This document shows positions 11,704 through 20,714 of a stretch of 64,000 bases of DNA, one piece after another. This DNA is from an uncultured Actinomycetes bacterium (GTDB lineage: Bacteria > Actinomycetota > Thermoleophilia > Gaiellales > JAICJC01), in contig CAVSNF010000025.1 in the NCBI GenBank assembly GCA_963729195.1, positions 192,287-256,286 on the forward strand, given 5' to 3'. Made by a program: the position numbers and the translations under genes. Each line of letters begins with the position of its first letter. Position 1 is the first letter of the stretch. The notes beneath the pieces were generated by a model. It made no database searches. It had not been told where the DNA came from and was given only the letters and a program-made list of their open reading frames with translations.

Positions 11704-12717
11704 CTAGACCCGGCCGGTACCGTTGGGGTTGGCGCGCACTCCAAGGGCGTCCATCGCCAGTCGCACGGCGACCCGAGCCGCTTTATTGGCGGGATCATAG
11801 ACCGACGAGCACTCGGTGATCACGTAGGCGTCCACGCCTTCCTTGACGAATGCGCGGATCATCTTGATCACCTCACGCGGCGACAGCCCACCGCACTCGG
11901 GGGTGGTGATCCCCGTGGTGAAGCCCTGATCCATGACGTCCAGATCGGTGTGCAGCACCACGCCGTCGGTGCCGTCCCAGGCGATGTCCAGGATCCGCTC
12001 CACCGTCTTTTCGATGCCCCACTCGTCGATATCCCAGATCGTGATCATCTGGATGCCGGTGCGATCCACATACTCGCGCTCCTTGCGCGGGTTGAGCGGC
12101 CCGTTGATCCCGACCAGCGCCAGGTTCTTGGGGTCCATCAGCTCCGCGGCGCGACTCACCGGACAGGCGTGGTTGAGACGCTCACCGGCGACGTCCTCGG
12201 CGGTATCCATATGCGAGTCCATCTGGATGTAGCCCATCTTGCCGTTGATCAGCTTGCTCATCGCACTGGTGACCGGGATCGGGCACGAGTCGTCCCCGCC
12301 GAAGATGATCGGAAAGGCTCCCGCCTCGACGATCTCGGTGATGCACCGCTCGGCCCGCTCGAACGTGCGCGCCGCGTTGCCCGGCACGATCGCAACGTCA
12401 CCGCAGTCGGTCAGGTTGAGCTCATCGAACAGGTCGACCTGATACTCACCGTGATAGGAGAGATAGTGCTCGGTCGCCCGCCGGATCGAACGCGGGCCGT
12501 AGCTTGCACCCGGCCGGCACGTGTTGGTGTGCTCCCAGGGAAGGCCCAGCACCGCTGCCTTGACGCCGGCCGCCTGGAGATCTTCCTTGACCGGAGGAAT
12601 CACCTGCGCACCGAGGAAGGTCGAGATCCCCGAGATCAGCGAGTTGGGGAAGTCGTCCTCGCCTTCCAGCCGCCCATACGTGTGGTAATACCGTCCGATA
12701 TCGGGAGTTGTTGCCAT
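11704..12717 (-). CDS. Agmatinase/arginase (ureohydrolase) family protein
   Basis: ORF 11704..12717. Mn-site motifs FGGDDSCP, QMDSHMDT, HTDLDVMD and ECGGLSPREV. Confidence 0.85.
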   Translation of the reverse strand: MATTPDIGRYYHTYGRLEGEDDFPNSLISGISTFLGAQVIPPVKEDLQAAGVKAAVLGLPWEHTNTCRPGASYGPRSIRRATEHYLSYHGEYQVDLFDELNLTDCGDVAIVPGNAARTFERAERCITEIVEAGAFPIIFGGDDSCPIPVTSAMSKLINGKMGYIQMDSHMDTAEDVAGERLNHACPVSRAAELMDPKNLALVGINGPLNPRKEREYVDRTGIQMITIWDIDEWGIEKTVERILDIAWDGTDGVVLHTDLDVMDQGFTTGITTPECGGLSPREVIKMIRAFVKEGVDAYVITECSSVYDPANKAARVAVRLAMDALGVRANPNGTGRV

Positions 12718-12769
12718 GGTTCGTGCTCCTTTTCGAGAATGGTGTCAGTGCAGGTGAGTACGCGGTCGA

Positions 12770-14398
12770 TCAGTCCGGTGGGACGTAGCGGTAGGCCAGC
12801 GACGTATCGACTCCCTGCGAACGGCGATACATCAGCATCAGCACGTACACCACGATCCCGGTGACGAACGCACCGCCGATCGTCAGCCGCGCGTCGGTCG
12901 AGGTCAGGCCCAGCGCCGAGTTCGTCAGGGCAATCCACACGAGCAATCCGCTGAAGAGGCCGGCCGCGGCGCCGGCGAGGGTGATCAGCGGCAGCCCCGC
13001 AACGCGATAACGGGCGGCCGGAGACGCGTCGTAGATCTCCTTGGAACGGAACGGGAACACCGTCGCCGCCAGGCAGGTGACGCCGACCACGAGGCAGCTG
13101 GTGATCACACCGCCGACCAGGATGATCGTCTCCCAGTCGGGCTTGTAGGCGAACACCGCCGCGACCACCAGGGCGAGCGCGCTCCACAGGGTCGCGGCCT
13201 TGATCGGAGTGTGGGTGCGCGGCGAGACGTCCGAGAAGAAGCTCGGCAGCGAGCCGTCGAGACCCATCGCCATCATCACCCGAGAGGCGTTCAGGAACAC
13301 CACGTTGGCGATCCCGAACCCACCGCAGATGAAGCCGACCGCGACCAGGATCGTCGACAGCCAGTTGTCGGAGAGCATCGCCACGAACACACTCACGTTG
13401 GGTGAGTACACCGGAGCGATGCCGCCGGAGTTGTACGCGAATGCGAACTGGTTGAGAAACTCGCCGCCCGCGATGTGCTGCAGCAGCACGAACGGGAGCG
13501 CCAGGAGCACGATCGCGACCAGGATTCCCGGGAGCAGGAAGGCGTAGAACAGCCTCCACATGTTGCGGGCGCCCTTGACCTCACCCAACAGCCCCTGGGC
13601 GGCGAACATGGTGTACGGGATGATGCCGGCCAGCACCGCCATCCAGATCACCGTGTGGGTGAAACTGAAGGATGTCGCGTGGTATCCGGCCTTGGTCGCC
13701 GCATCGGTAACGGTGCCGGTCGTGATCTTCGAGGACGCGTTGTAGGCGTCGAACTTTGCGGCGAAGTCAGTGTTGATGTTGATCAGCTCGACCACCAGGA
13801 TGGTGACCGCACCGATCAGGATTCCCGGGACGAGCACGTAGCGCTGCAGCGGCCGGTAGACGCGCAGGCCGAACACCGTCAGCGCCCAGCATGCGAGCAC
13901 CACGATCGCCGACACCACGAAGATCCCGTTCTCGCCGACCAGCCAGTTCTCGAACCCCGTCCACCCGGCTTTCTCGGATATCGGGACGAGCCCGAAGAAG
14001 GTGACCACGAACGCTCCGGAGGCGGGGAACGCAAGCCAGAAGAGCAGCTGGCAGGCCCACGGCACGACGAACCCGATCGCGGGATGCAGCGAGCGGCTTT
14101 CGAAGAGGTAGTCGCCGCCGGCCCGCGGCATCGCCGATCCCATGGCGGCGTACACGAAGTACACGACCACGGCGTAGATCAGCGAGAACAGGATCAGCAG
14201 GAAGATGCTGATGCCGGGTGAGACGAACTGTGGTGTCGGGAAGAGATACACCAGGCCGAACGCACCGCCGGTCGAGAACACTCCGTACCAGGCGATGTCG
14301 GCCAGCGAGAAGTCGCGCACCAATCCTGACGATTGACGCGAGAACAACCCGGCCCCTCCGACACCCGCAGTACTTCCACCCACCGTCGACTCGGCCAT
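12770..14398 (-). CDS. APC-family amino acid/polyamine permease
   Basis: ORF 12770..14398, 542 aa, 12 or more TM segments. The N-terminal motif AMGSAMPRAGGDYLF is typical of APC transporters. Confidence 0.8.
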   Translation of the reverse strand: MAESTVGGSTAGVGGAGLFSRQSSGLVRDFSLADIAWYGVFSTGGAFGLVYLFPTPQFVSPGISIFLLILFSLIYAVVVYFVYAAMGSAMPRAGGDYLFESRSLHPAIGFVVPWACQLLFWLAFPASGAFVVTFFGLVPISEKAGWTGFENWLVGENGIFVVSAIVVLACWALTVFGLRVYRPLQRYVLVPGILIGAVTILVVELININTDFAAKFDAYNASSKITTGTVTDAATKAGYHATSFSFTHTVIWMAVLAGIIPYTMFAAQGLLGEVKGARNMWRLFYAFLLPGILVAIVLLALPFVLLQHIAGGEFLNQFAFAYNSGGIAPVYSPNVSVFVAMLSDNWLSTILVAVGFICGGFGIANVVFLNASRVMMAMGLDGSLPSFFSDVSPRTHTPIKAATLWSALALVVAAVFAYKPDWETIILVGGVITSCLVVGVTCLAATVFPFRSKEIYDASPAARYRVAGLPLITLAGAAAGLFSGLLVWIALTNSALGLTSTDARLTIGGAFVTGIVVYVLMLMYRRSQGVDTSLAYRYVPPD

Positions 14399-14480
14399 AG
14401 TTCAGCTCCCTTGAGATCGTCCAGCAACGATTCGTACTATTTAGCCGCATCACGGACGAGCCAGTCGTCCGGACTGCAAA

Positions 14481-14509
14481 GTCATAGCAGTTGTCGTTCG
14501 CTGAGTCAA
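14481..14509 (-). promoter_or_regulatory. Candidate sigma-70-type promoter of the permease-agmatinase operon
   Basis: Minus strand reads TTGACT (14509..14504), 17 nt, TATGAC (14486..14481), about 75 nt upstream of ATG 14398. The leader contains the hairpin GGACGA-CTGGC-TCGTCC and SD AAGGGAG. Confidence 0.35.
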
Positions 14510-14620
14510 CGGTTTGGACGATTTGACGCACTGCGACGCTGCGTATGATGGGGTGTTCGCCCCAACCCGCGCGGAGAAGTTCGGATCGTGAGAACCCGGA
14601 CGCGCGAGCCGCCCGGACGA

Positions 14621-15991
14621 TCAGCGCAGCGCGGCCTCAGCCACCGCCGCAAACGAGAGGCAATCGGCCTCTCGCCAGGGCAGAGCCGCGATCTGAAGGC
14701 CCACCGGCATCCCCGCTGAGTCGGTGCCGCAGGGCACGGTGATCGCCGGCCATCCGAGGGCATTGAAGACGTCGGTCATCGCGCACATGGCGACGCCCAC
14801 GTCGGTGTCCTCACCGCCGAACACCACATCTGACACGCCGATCTTGGGCGGCGTGAAGGCCTGGGTGGGAGTCACGATCACGTCGATACCCGCCGCCTCG
14901 ACCCGTTCTCGGGTGCGGGCCTGGTAGTCGAGCAGTGCCATCGACCAGCCGGCCGCCTCGACCGCGGTCATCGACTCGGCAGCGGCCAGGTAGTGCACCA
15001 CGTCCTCGCCCAGCTGATCGCGCCGCGCCGGCCAGTGCTCAGCCAATGCCGCGGCCTGCTCGGCGTCGTAGAAGCTGAACCGATCCGGCCCTTTCATCGG
15101 CCACTGCATGTCGATCTCGGTCACGATCGCGCCGGCGTCGGCGAGGATGCCGACGGCGGCTCGCACCGGAGCGACGATATCGGCTGCGGAGTGTTCGAAG
15201 AAGAACTGCTCGGCCACCGCCACGGTCATGCCGCGCACGCTCTCGCTGAGCGCGTCGCGGTAGCGCTCGACCGGCACCGGCTGGGTGCGGGGATCACGCG
15301 CCGAAGGGCCCGCCATCACTTCCAGCGAGAGCGCGCAGTCGCGCACCGATCGCGCCATCGGGCCGCAGTGGTCAAGCGAGATGCAGAGCGGATGGATCCC
15401 GGCCAGGCTGACCCGGCCGAAGGTCGGCTTGAGCCCGACGATGCCACAGCACGACGCCGGGCAGCGGATCGAGCCGCCGGTGTCGGTGCCGGGTGCCAGC
15501 GGCACCATCCCGGCGGCCACGGCGGCACCCGAGCCGCCGCTGGAGCCGCCCGGCACGCGGGTGGGGTCGTGCGGGTTTCGGCACCCGCCGAAGTGCGGAT
15601 TCTGGGTGGTGGTGCTCCACGCGAACTCGTGCGTTGCGAGCTTGGCCACGCAAACTGCCCCGGCGGCGGTGTGGCGCGCGACCACGTCGGCGTCGCGCTC
15701 GGGCACGTGATCGGCGTAGATGGCGCTGCCGTAGGTGGTGCGGATCCCGGCGGTGTCGATCAGGTCCTTCCACCCCACCGGCACTCCGGCCAGCGGCCCC
15801 GGGTCGCGGCCTGCGGCCAGCGCAGCGTCGACCGCTGCCGCCTCGGCCAGCGCGCGCTCACGGGTGACCACCCACACCGCTCCCAGCGTGTCGGCCTCCA
15901 GCCGCGCGAGCGACTGCTCGGCGATCTCCACCGCGGAGGCCTCGCCGGTGCGCACGGCGGCGGCGATTTCCCAGGCGTCGTGGTCGATCAG
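14621..15991 (-). CDS. Amidase (amidase-signature family, GatA-like)
   Basis: ORF 14621..16456. AS motif GGSSGGSGAAVAAG...GTDTGGSIRCPA. The family-like sequence begins near IAELIDHDAWEIAAAV. The only nearby in-frame candidate start is CTG 15991, overlapping the upstream TGA, so the start is uncertain. Confidence 0.8.
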   Translation of the reverse strand: MIDHDAWEIAAAVRTGEASAVEIAEQSLARLEADTLGAVWVVTRERALAEAAAVDAALAAGRDPGPLAGVPVGWKDLIDTAGIRTTYGSAIYADHVPERDADVVARHTAAGAVCVAKLATHEFAWSTTTQNPHFGGCRNPHDPTRVPGGSSGGSGAAVAAGMVPLAPGTDTGGSIRCPASCCGIVGLKPTFGRVSLAGIHPLCISLDHCGPMARSVRDCALSLEVMAGPSARDPRTQPVPVERYRDALSESVRGMTVAVAEQFFFEHSAADIVAPVRAAVGILADAGAIVTEIDMQWPMKGPDRFSFYDAEQAAALAEHWPARRDQLGEDVVHYLAAAESMTAVEAAGWSMALLDYQARTRERVEAAGIDVIVTPTQAFTPPKIGVSDVVFGGEDTDVGVAMCAMTDVFNALGWPAITVPCGTDSAGMPVGLQIAALPWREADCLSFAAVAEAALR

Positions 15992-17014
15992 CTCGGCGAT
16001 TGCGCCAACCTCCCCACCCGAAACCGCTCCGCCTCGACCGGCAGCGGCCGCCCCTGCGCCAGGTCGGCCACCAGCCGGCCCAGCAGCGGCCCGAATTTGA
16101 ATGCGTGGCCCGAGTCGCCTCCGCAGACGATCACTCCGTCGATCGTGTCCAGGATGAAGTCGTTGTCGGGTGTGATCGTGTACAGGCAGGCCTCCGAGTG
16201 CACCGGCTCGGGGTCGAGGCCGGGGAAGCGTTCGCGCACGTACTCGACCAGCCGAGCGGTGATCTCGGGCAGCACCGGCCGGTCGGGGCGATCGGGATCC
16301 CACTCGCCGCGCACCTCGTGCTCGGCCACCTTGTACCCCACTCCGGGAGTCACCAGCGCATAGGAGCCGGGGTGGCCGCCGCTGCCGAGATCGACCACCG
16401 CGGGCCGATCGTCCGGCGCGCCGCGGAAGTACGAGACCTGTTCGATCCGGCTCCACAGCGGCAACTCAAACAGCTGCCGAAGCCACGGCCCGGCGCACAC
16501 CGCGACCACGTCGGCATCGAGTTCCCGAGGATCGTCGATGCGGCTTTGCTCGCGTACGTCGATGCCGATGGCGAGGGTGCGCAGCGCGTCGTCGGCCATG
16601 ACTGCACCGGCGTCTGCGTCGAGCAGCACCGGGCCGGTGAAGCGGGCCTCGGGAAACATCTGCTGGGCCTCGGCCGGTTCGAGCCACTGCCCCGGCTCGC
16701 CCGCTTCCGCCATGGCATCCCCCAGGCGACGGACGCTGGGCCGTCCGAGCAAGCAGGCCGTTGGTGTGGAGCAGCGTCGGGTCGAGTGCCCGCCACTCGG
16801 CGTTGGCGCGCACCGCCAATCGCACGTAGCCGGGGTCGTCGTAGGCCCGCCGAAAGATGCGTGATCGCCCGGGCGATGAGCCCAGTGGCGTGCCGACTCG
16901 ATGCTGCTCGTGGACGGTCACCGAGAATCCATCCTCGGCAAGGGCGCGAGCGGCGCTCAGGCCGATGATTCCGGCCCCGACGACGACCGCAGAGCTATGC
17001 GGCTTTGGCGGCAA
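15988..17014 (-). CDS. FAD-dependent oxidoreductase (sarcosine/glycine/D-amino-acid oxidase-like), frame broken once
   Basis: N-terminus in ORF 16466..17089 (TTG 17014: PPKPHSSAVVVGAGIIGLSAARALAEDG). The rest is in ORF 15988..16752. Frames join near 16750. Confidence 0.75.
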
Positions 17015-17324
17015 CCACCTGGGCGAGCTCGCCCGACGTGTACAGCTCGGTGATGATGTCGCAGCCGCCCACCAGCTCGCCGTCCACAAACAGCTGAGGG
17101 ATGGTCGGCCAGTTGGAGTGCGCCGAGAGCACCTGGCGGATGCGCGGGTCGGGCAGGATGTCCATCGCCGCGTAGTCGGCGCCGACCTCGTCCAGGCAGC
17201 GCACCGTCTGGGCGGAGAAGCCGCATCGCGGCTGGTCGGGGGTGCCCTTCATGAACAGCATCACCCGGTTTTCACCGATCGCCTTGAGTAGCTCTTCGCG
17301 AATCTGTTCCTCGGTCACGATCAC
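16995..17324 (-). CDS. Monothiol glutaredoxin (Grx4 family, CGFS active site)
   Basis: ORF 16995..17324: ...VMLFMKGTPDQPRCGFSAQTVRCL...WPTIPQLFVDGELVGGCDI. Confidence 0.9.
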   Translation of the reverse strand: MIVTEEQIREELLKAIGENRVMLFMKGTPDQPRCGFSAQTVRCLDEVGADYAAMDILPDPRIRQVLSAHSNWPTIPQLFVDGELVGGCDIITELYTSGELAQVVAAKAA

Positions 17325-17551
17325 GAGCCGGCCTCCGTTTTGATCTTGAGAGCGTGAATACTGCCATCGTCGAGCAGGTGCTGCACCGGGGCGTACACCA
17401 GCTTGTGCTGGTTGATCAGCGACACGCCCTCGAACTGGGGCGAGCGCACATACGCCGACAGGTGATCGCCGCCGCCGAAGTCGGTGACGGTCACGACACC
17501 ACCGGGGAACGCCTGTTGCAGGAGATCCTGCACCTGGTCCTGAAGCACCAT
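17321..17551 (-). CDS. BolA family protein
   Basis: ORF 17321..17584, preferred ATG 17551 (MVLQDQVQDLLQQAFPGG...GDHLSAYVRSPQFEGVSLINQHKLVY...IHALKIKT). GTGA overlap with the grx start. Confidence 0.8.
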   Translation of the reverse strand: MVLQDQVQDLLQQAFPGGVVTVTDFGGGDHLSAYVRSPQFEGVSLINQHKLVYAPVQHLLDDGSIHALKIKTEAGS

Positions 17552-17655
17552 GTGAAGAAGATTAGCGTGATGCCCTCGCCGCACATCCGGCTCACAAGTG
17601 CCGCGGTAGAATTGGTGTCACCCTCGTGGTACAGCGCCTTGAAGGAGGGCGCCAA

Positions 17656-18321
17656 ATGACATACCTGATCGTATTTCTCGTGGTTCCTCTGGTGTTGGGT
17701 CTGGGTGCGCAGGCGTGGGTCAAGCGCTCGTTCGCAGACGGCTCCAAGATCCAGGCCTCGTCCGGCATGACCGGTGCCCAGGTGAGCCAGCGCATGCTGG
17801 ACGCAAGCGGCATCCATGACGTGTCGGTGGAGGGCATCTCCGGATCACTGAGCGACCACTATGACCCTCGTTCCAAGACCATGCGACTGTCCGAGCCGGT
17901 CGGAGGCTCAAACTCCGTGGCGGCTGTGGCCGTCGCGGCGCACGAGACCGGCCACGCGATCCAGGACGCCCATCACGAAGCGGGCTTCCGCTTCCGCGGC
18001 GCGCTGGTGCCGGCCGTCGGATTCGCCTCCAACGCCTGGATGCCCCTGGTGTTCCTGGGGTTCATCTTCCAGACGACAGGGTTCTTCCTGATCGGCGCGA
18101 TCCTGTTTGCCGCGATCGTGCTGTTCCAGCTGGTGACCCTGCCGGTGGAGTTCGGCGCCAGCAAGAAGGCGATGGGCCTGCTCACCTCACAGGGCGTGAT
18201 CTCCCAGCAGCAGGTGCCGGTCGCCCGCAAGGTGCTGACCGCTGCCGCGATGACCTACGTGGTCGCCGCGCTGATCTCGATCATGCAGTTCGCCTGGCTC
18301 GTGGCTCAGAGCCGCAGGTAG
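17656..18321 (+). CDS. Membrane zinc metallopeptidase (YugP-like, HExxH)
   Basis: ORF 17626..18321, ATG 17656 (MTYLIVFLVV...). Carries HETGHAIQ plus C-terminal TM segments. Confidence 0.75.
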   Translation: MTYLIVFLVVPLVLGLGAQAWVKRSFADGSKIQASSGMTGAQVSQRMLDASGIHDVSVEGISGSLSDHYDPRSKTMRLSEPVGGSNSVAAVAVAAHETGHAIQDAHHEAGFRFRGALVPAVGFASNAWMPLVFLGFIFQTTGFFLIGAILFAAIVLFQLVTLPVEFGASKKAMGLLTSQGVISQQQVPVARKVLTAAAMTYVVAALISIMQFAWLVAQSRR

Positions 18322-18322
18322 C

Positions 18323-19264
18323 TTGACGCTTCCAATCTCACCGCCGCTCGCGCCCGCACTTGCGCGAGCGGCGGCCGAGCTTCCGGCCGGCGACGGCTGG
18401 CTGTTTGAGCGCAAGTGGGACGGGTTTCGCACGATCGTCTTCGTCGACGGCGACGAGGTGTTCGTGCAGTCGCGAAACGGCAAGCCGATGAGCCGCTACT
18501 TCCCCGAGCTGCGGTTCCCGCTGGGCCGCTACGTGCTGGACGGCGAGCTGGTGATCCGAGACGACGACGGCGAGGAGATGTTCGAGGCGCTGCAGGAGCG
18601 CATCCACCCGGCCAAGTCGCGAGTCGACATGCTGGCCGAGAAGACGCCCGCGACCTTCATCGCCTTCGATCTGCTCGCCGACGGCGACGAGGCGCTGCTG
18701 GACACCCCCTTCTCCCAGCGACGGTCGCGGCTGGAGGCGCTCGCCCCCGAGGGCATCGAGCTGACGCCGCTGGGTGACCGCGACGCCGCCGAGGGCTGGC
18801 TGCAGACCGCCGAGGGTGCGATGGCCAAGCGCGCCGACGCGCTGTATGTGCCGGGCAAGCGCGACGGCATGTTCAAGATCAAGCGGGTGCGCACGATCGA
18901 CACCGTGATCGTGGGCTGGCGGCCGGGCAAGGCCGAGGGCACCGTCGGCTCGCTGATCCTGGGCCTGTACGACCCGGAGGGCGAGCTGCGGGTGGTCGGC
19001 CACACGTCGGCCTTCAGCGCCAAGCGGGCGCGCGAGCTGGTGGATGAGCTGGCCGAATACGAGAGTGGCGAGAGCGGCACCGCGGCCCCCAGCCGCTGGA
19101 CTGCCGACCGCGATCTGGAGTGGCGATCGCTTCGCCCCGAGCTGGTGGTGGAGGTCAGCTTCGACCACAAGAGCGGTCACAGGATCCGCCACGGCGCAAA
19201 GCTCCTACGCTTCCGCACAGACCGTGAGCCGGCAAGCTGCCACATCTCCCAGCTCGAAAGCTGA
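18323..19264 (+). CDS. ATP-dependent DNA ligase (adenylation + OB domains only)
   Basis: ORF 18323..19264. Motif I is ERKWDGFR (KxDG). Also has AMAKRADALYVPGKR and a C-terminal OB-like region. The TTG start is 1 nt after the peptidase stop. Confidence 0.85.
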   Translation: MTLPISPPLAPALARAAAELPAGDGWLFERKWDGFRTIVFVDGDEVFVQSRNGKPMSRYFPELRFPLGRYVLDGELVIRDDDGEEMFEALQERIHPAKSRVDMLAEKTPATFIAFDLLADGDEALLDTPFSQRRSRLEALAPEGIELTPLGDRDAAEGWLQTAEGAMAKRADALYVPGKRDGMFKIKRVRTIDTVIVGWRPGKAEGTVGSLILGLYDPEGELRVVGHTSAFSAKRARELVDELAEYESGESGTAAPSRWTADRDLEWRSLRPELVVEVSFDHKSGHRIRHGAKLLRFRTDREPASCHISQLES

Positions 19265-19283
19265 TTCCGCCTTCGCCGTAACC

Positions 19284-19959
19284 GTGGCGGCGGTGTCGCA
19301 TCGCTACGGCGACTTGGAGGTGCTGCGCGACGTCTCGCTGGACGTCGCGCCCGGTGAGGTGGTGGGAATCGTCGGCCCCAGCGGATGCGGCAAGTCGACG
19401 CTCTTGAGCCTGATCGCCGGGCTCGAGCCGCCCACCCAGGGCACGGTGACCGCAGCCGACGGCGCCCTGATGCCCCAGCGCGACCTGGTGATGCCGTGGC
19501 GAGACGCGCTCGGAAACGCCTCGATCGCGCTCGAGAACGCCGGGGTCGGCCGGTCGCAGGCGCGGGCCCGGGCGCGCGAGCTGTTCGCGCGCTTTGATCT
19601 CGACCAGTTCGAGCGGGCGCGCAGCTGGGAGCTCTCCGGCGGGATGCGACAGCGGGTGGCGTTCATCCGCACGCTGCTGGCCGAAAAGCCGCTGCTCGCT
19701 GCTGGATGAGCCGTTCGCCTCACTCGATGCGATCACCCGGATCGAGCTGCAGGACTGGCTGGTGGAGGCGCTGGCGCAGGAGCCGCGGACGGTGGTGATG
19801 GTCTCGCACGACATCGAGGAGGCGCTGGTGGTGTGCGACCGCGTGATCGTGCTCTCGGCCCGCCCCGGCCGCCGGGTGATGGAGACGCCCGGCCGGATGA
19901 CGCGCGACTCGCCCGAGCTGGGAGCCGCCCGCGCCCGGGTCTTGGAGGCGCTGCGATGA
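19284..19959 (+). CDS. ABC transporter ATP-binding protein (nitrate/sulfonate/taurine type; ThiZ-like), frame broken once
   Basis: Walker A GPSGCGKST and signature LSGGMRQR are in ORF 19044..19709. Walker B LLLDEPFASLDA is in ORF 19594..19959. Frames join near 19698. GTG 19284 lies 20 nt after the ligase stop. Confidence 0.8.
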
Positions 19960-20701
19960 GGCGGTTCGGCTGGGTGATCGTGCTGATCGCGGTGTTTGCG
20001 CTGTGGCAGGCGTGGGTGGATCTGCGAGGCGTCCCCGACTACCTGCTTGCCCGCGCCCACCGACGTGGCCACGACGCTGTGGGACGAGCGCTCGAGCCTC
20101 TTCTCCGACGCGGTGCACACGTTCGCAGAGATGCTGGCGGGCTTTGCCGTGGCGATCGTCTCGGGGCTGGCAGTCGCGACGCTGATGCATCGCTGGCAGA
20201 CGCTTCGCCGCGCGCTCTATCCGCTCTTGACCGCGACCCAGAGCATCCCGCTGGTGGCGCTGGCGCCGCTGCTGGTCGTCTACCTCGGCTTCGGGCTGGC
20301 ACCGAAGCTGGTGATCATCGCGCTGGTGTGTTTCTTTCCGATCACGGTGGGTGCGGTGGACGGGTTCGAGGGAGTCGATCCCGAGTACCGCCGGATGATG
20401 CGCACCCTGCATGCCTCCGACGTCGGCCATCTTTCGCCGGGTCGAGTTCCCCGCGGCGCTGCCGTCGATCTTCTCCGGCGCGCGGGTGGCGGCCTCCTAC
20501 ACCGCCATCGCCGCGCTCTTTGCCGAGTTCGTGGGCTCCTCCGCCGGCCTCGGCTTCACCATCCGCCAGGCCGACGACCAGTTCGACACCGCCCTGATCG
20601 GGGCCGCAGTGCTGCTCTTGGCGCTGCTCGCGCTGATCCTCTTCTGGGGGGTCGGCCTGGTGCAGCGGGTGGTCGCGCCCTGGTCGCGCCAGCCGCGGTA
20701 G
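19956..20701 (+). CDS. ABC transporter permease (BPD_transp_1; ThiX-like), frame broken twice
   Basis: Three frames are involved: ATG 19956 MRRFGWVIVLIAVFALWQAW, then 19996-frame ...LPAPTDVATTLWDE...PLLVVYLGFG..., then 20411-frame ...AIFRRVEFPAALPSIFSG... Frames join near 20049 and 20425. ATGA overlap with the ATPase. Confidence 0.75.
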
Positions 20702-20714
20702 GGTTCGCGCGTCC

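Noticed and set aside
14595-14619. CCCGGACG ... CCCGGACG just after the amidase stop, first taken for a terminator hairpin
   Set aside because: The two 8-mers are direct repeats, not inverted, so no stem can form.
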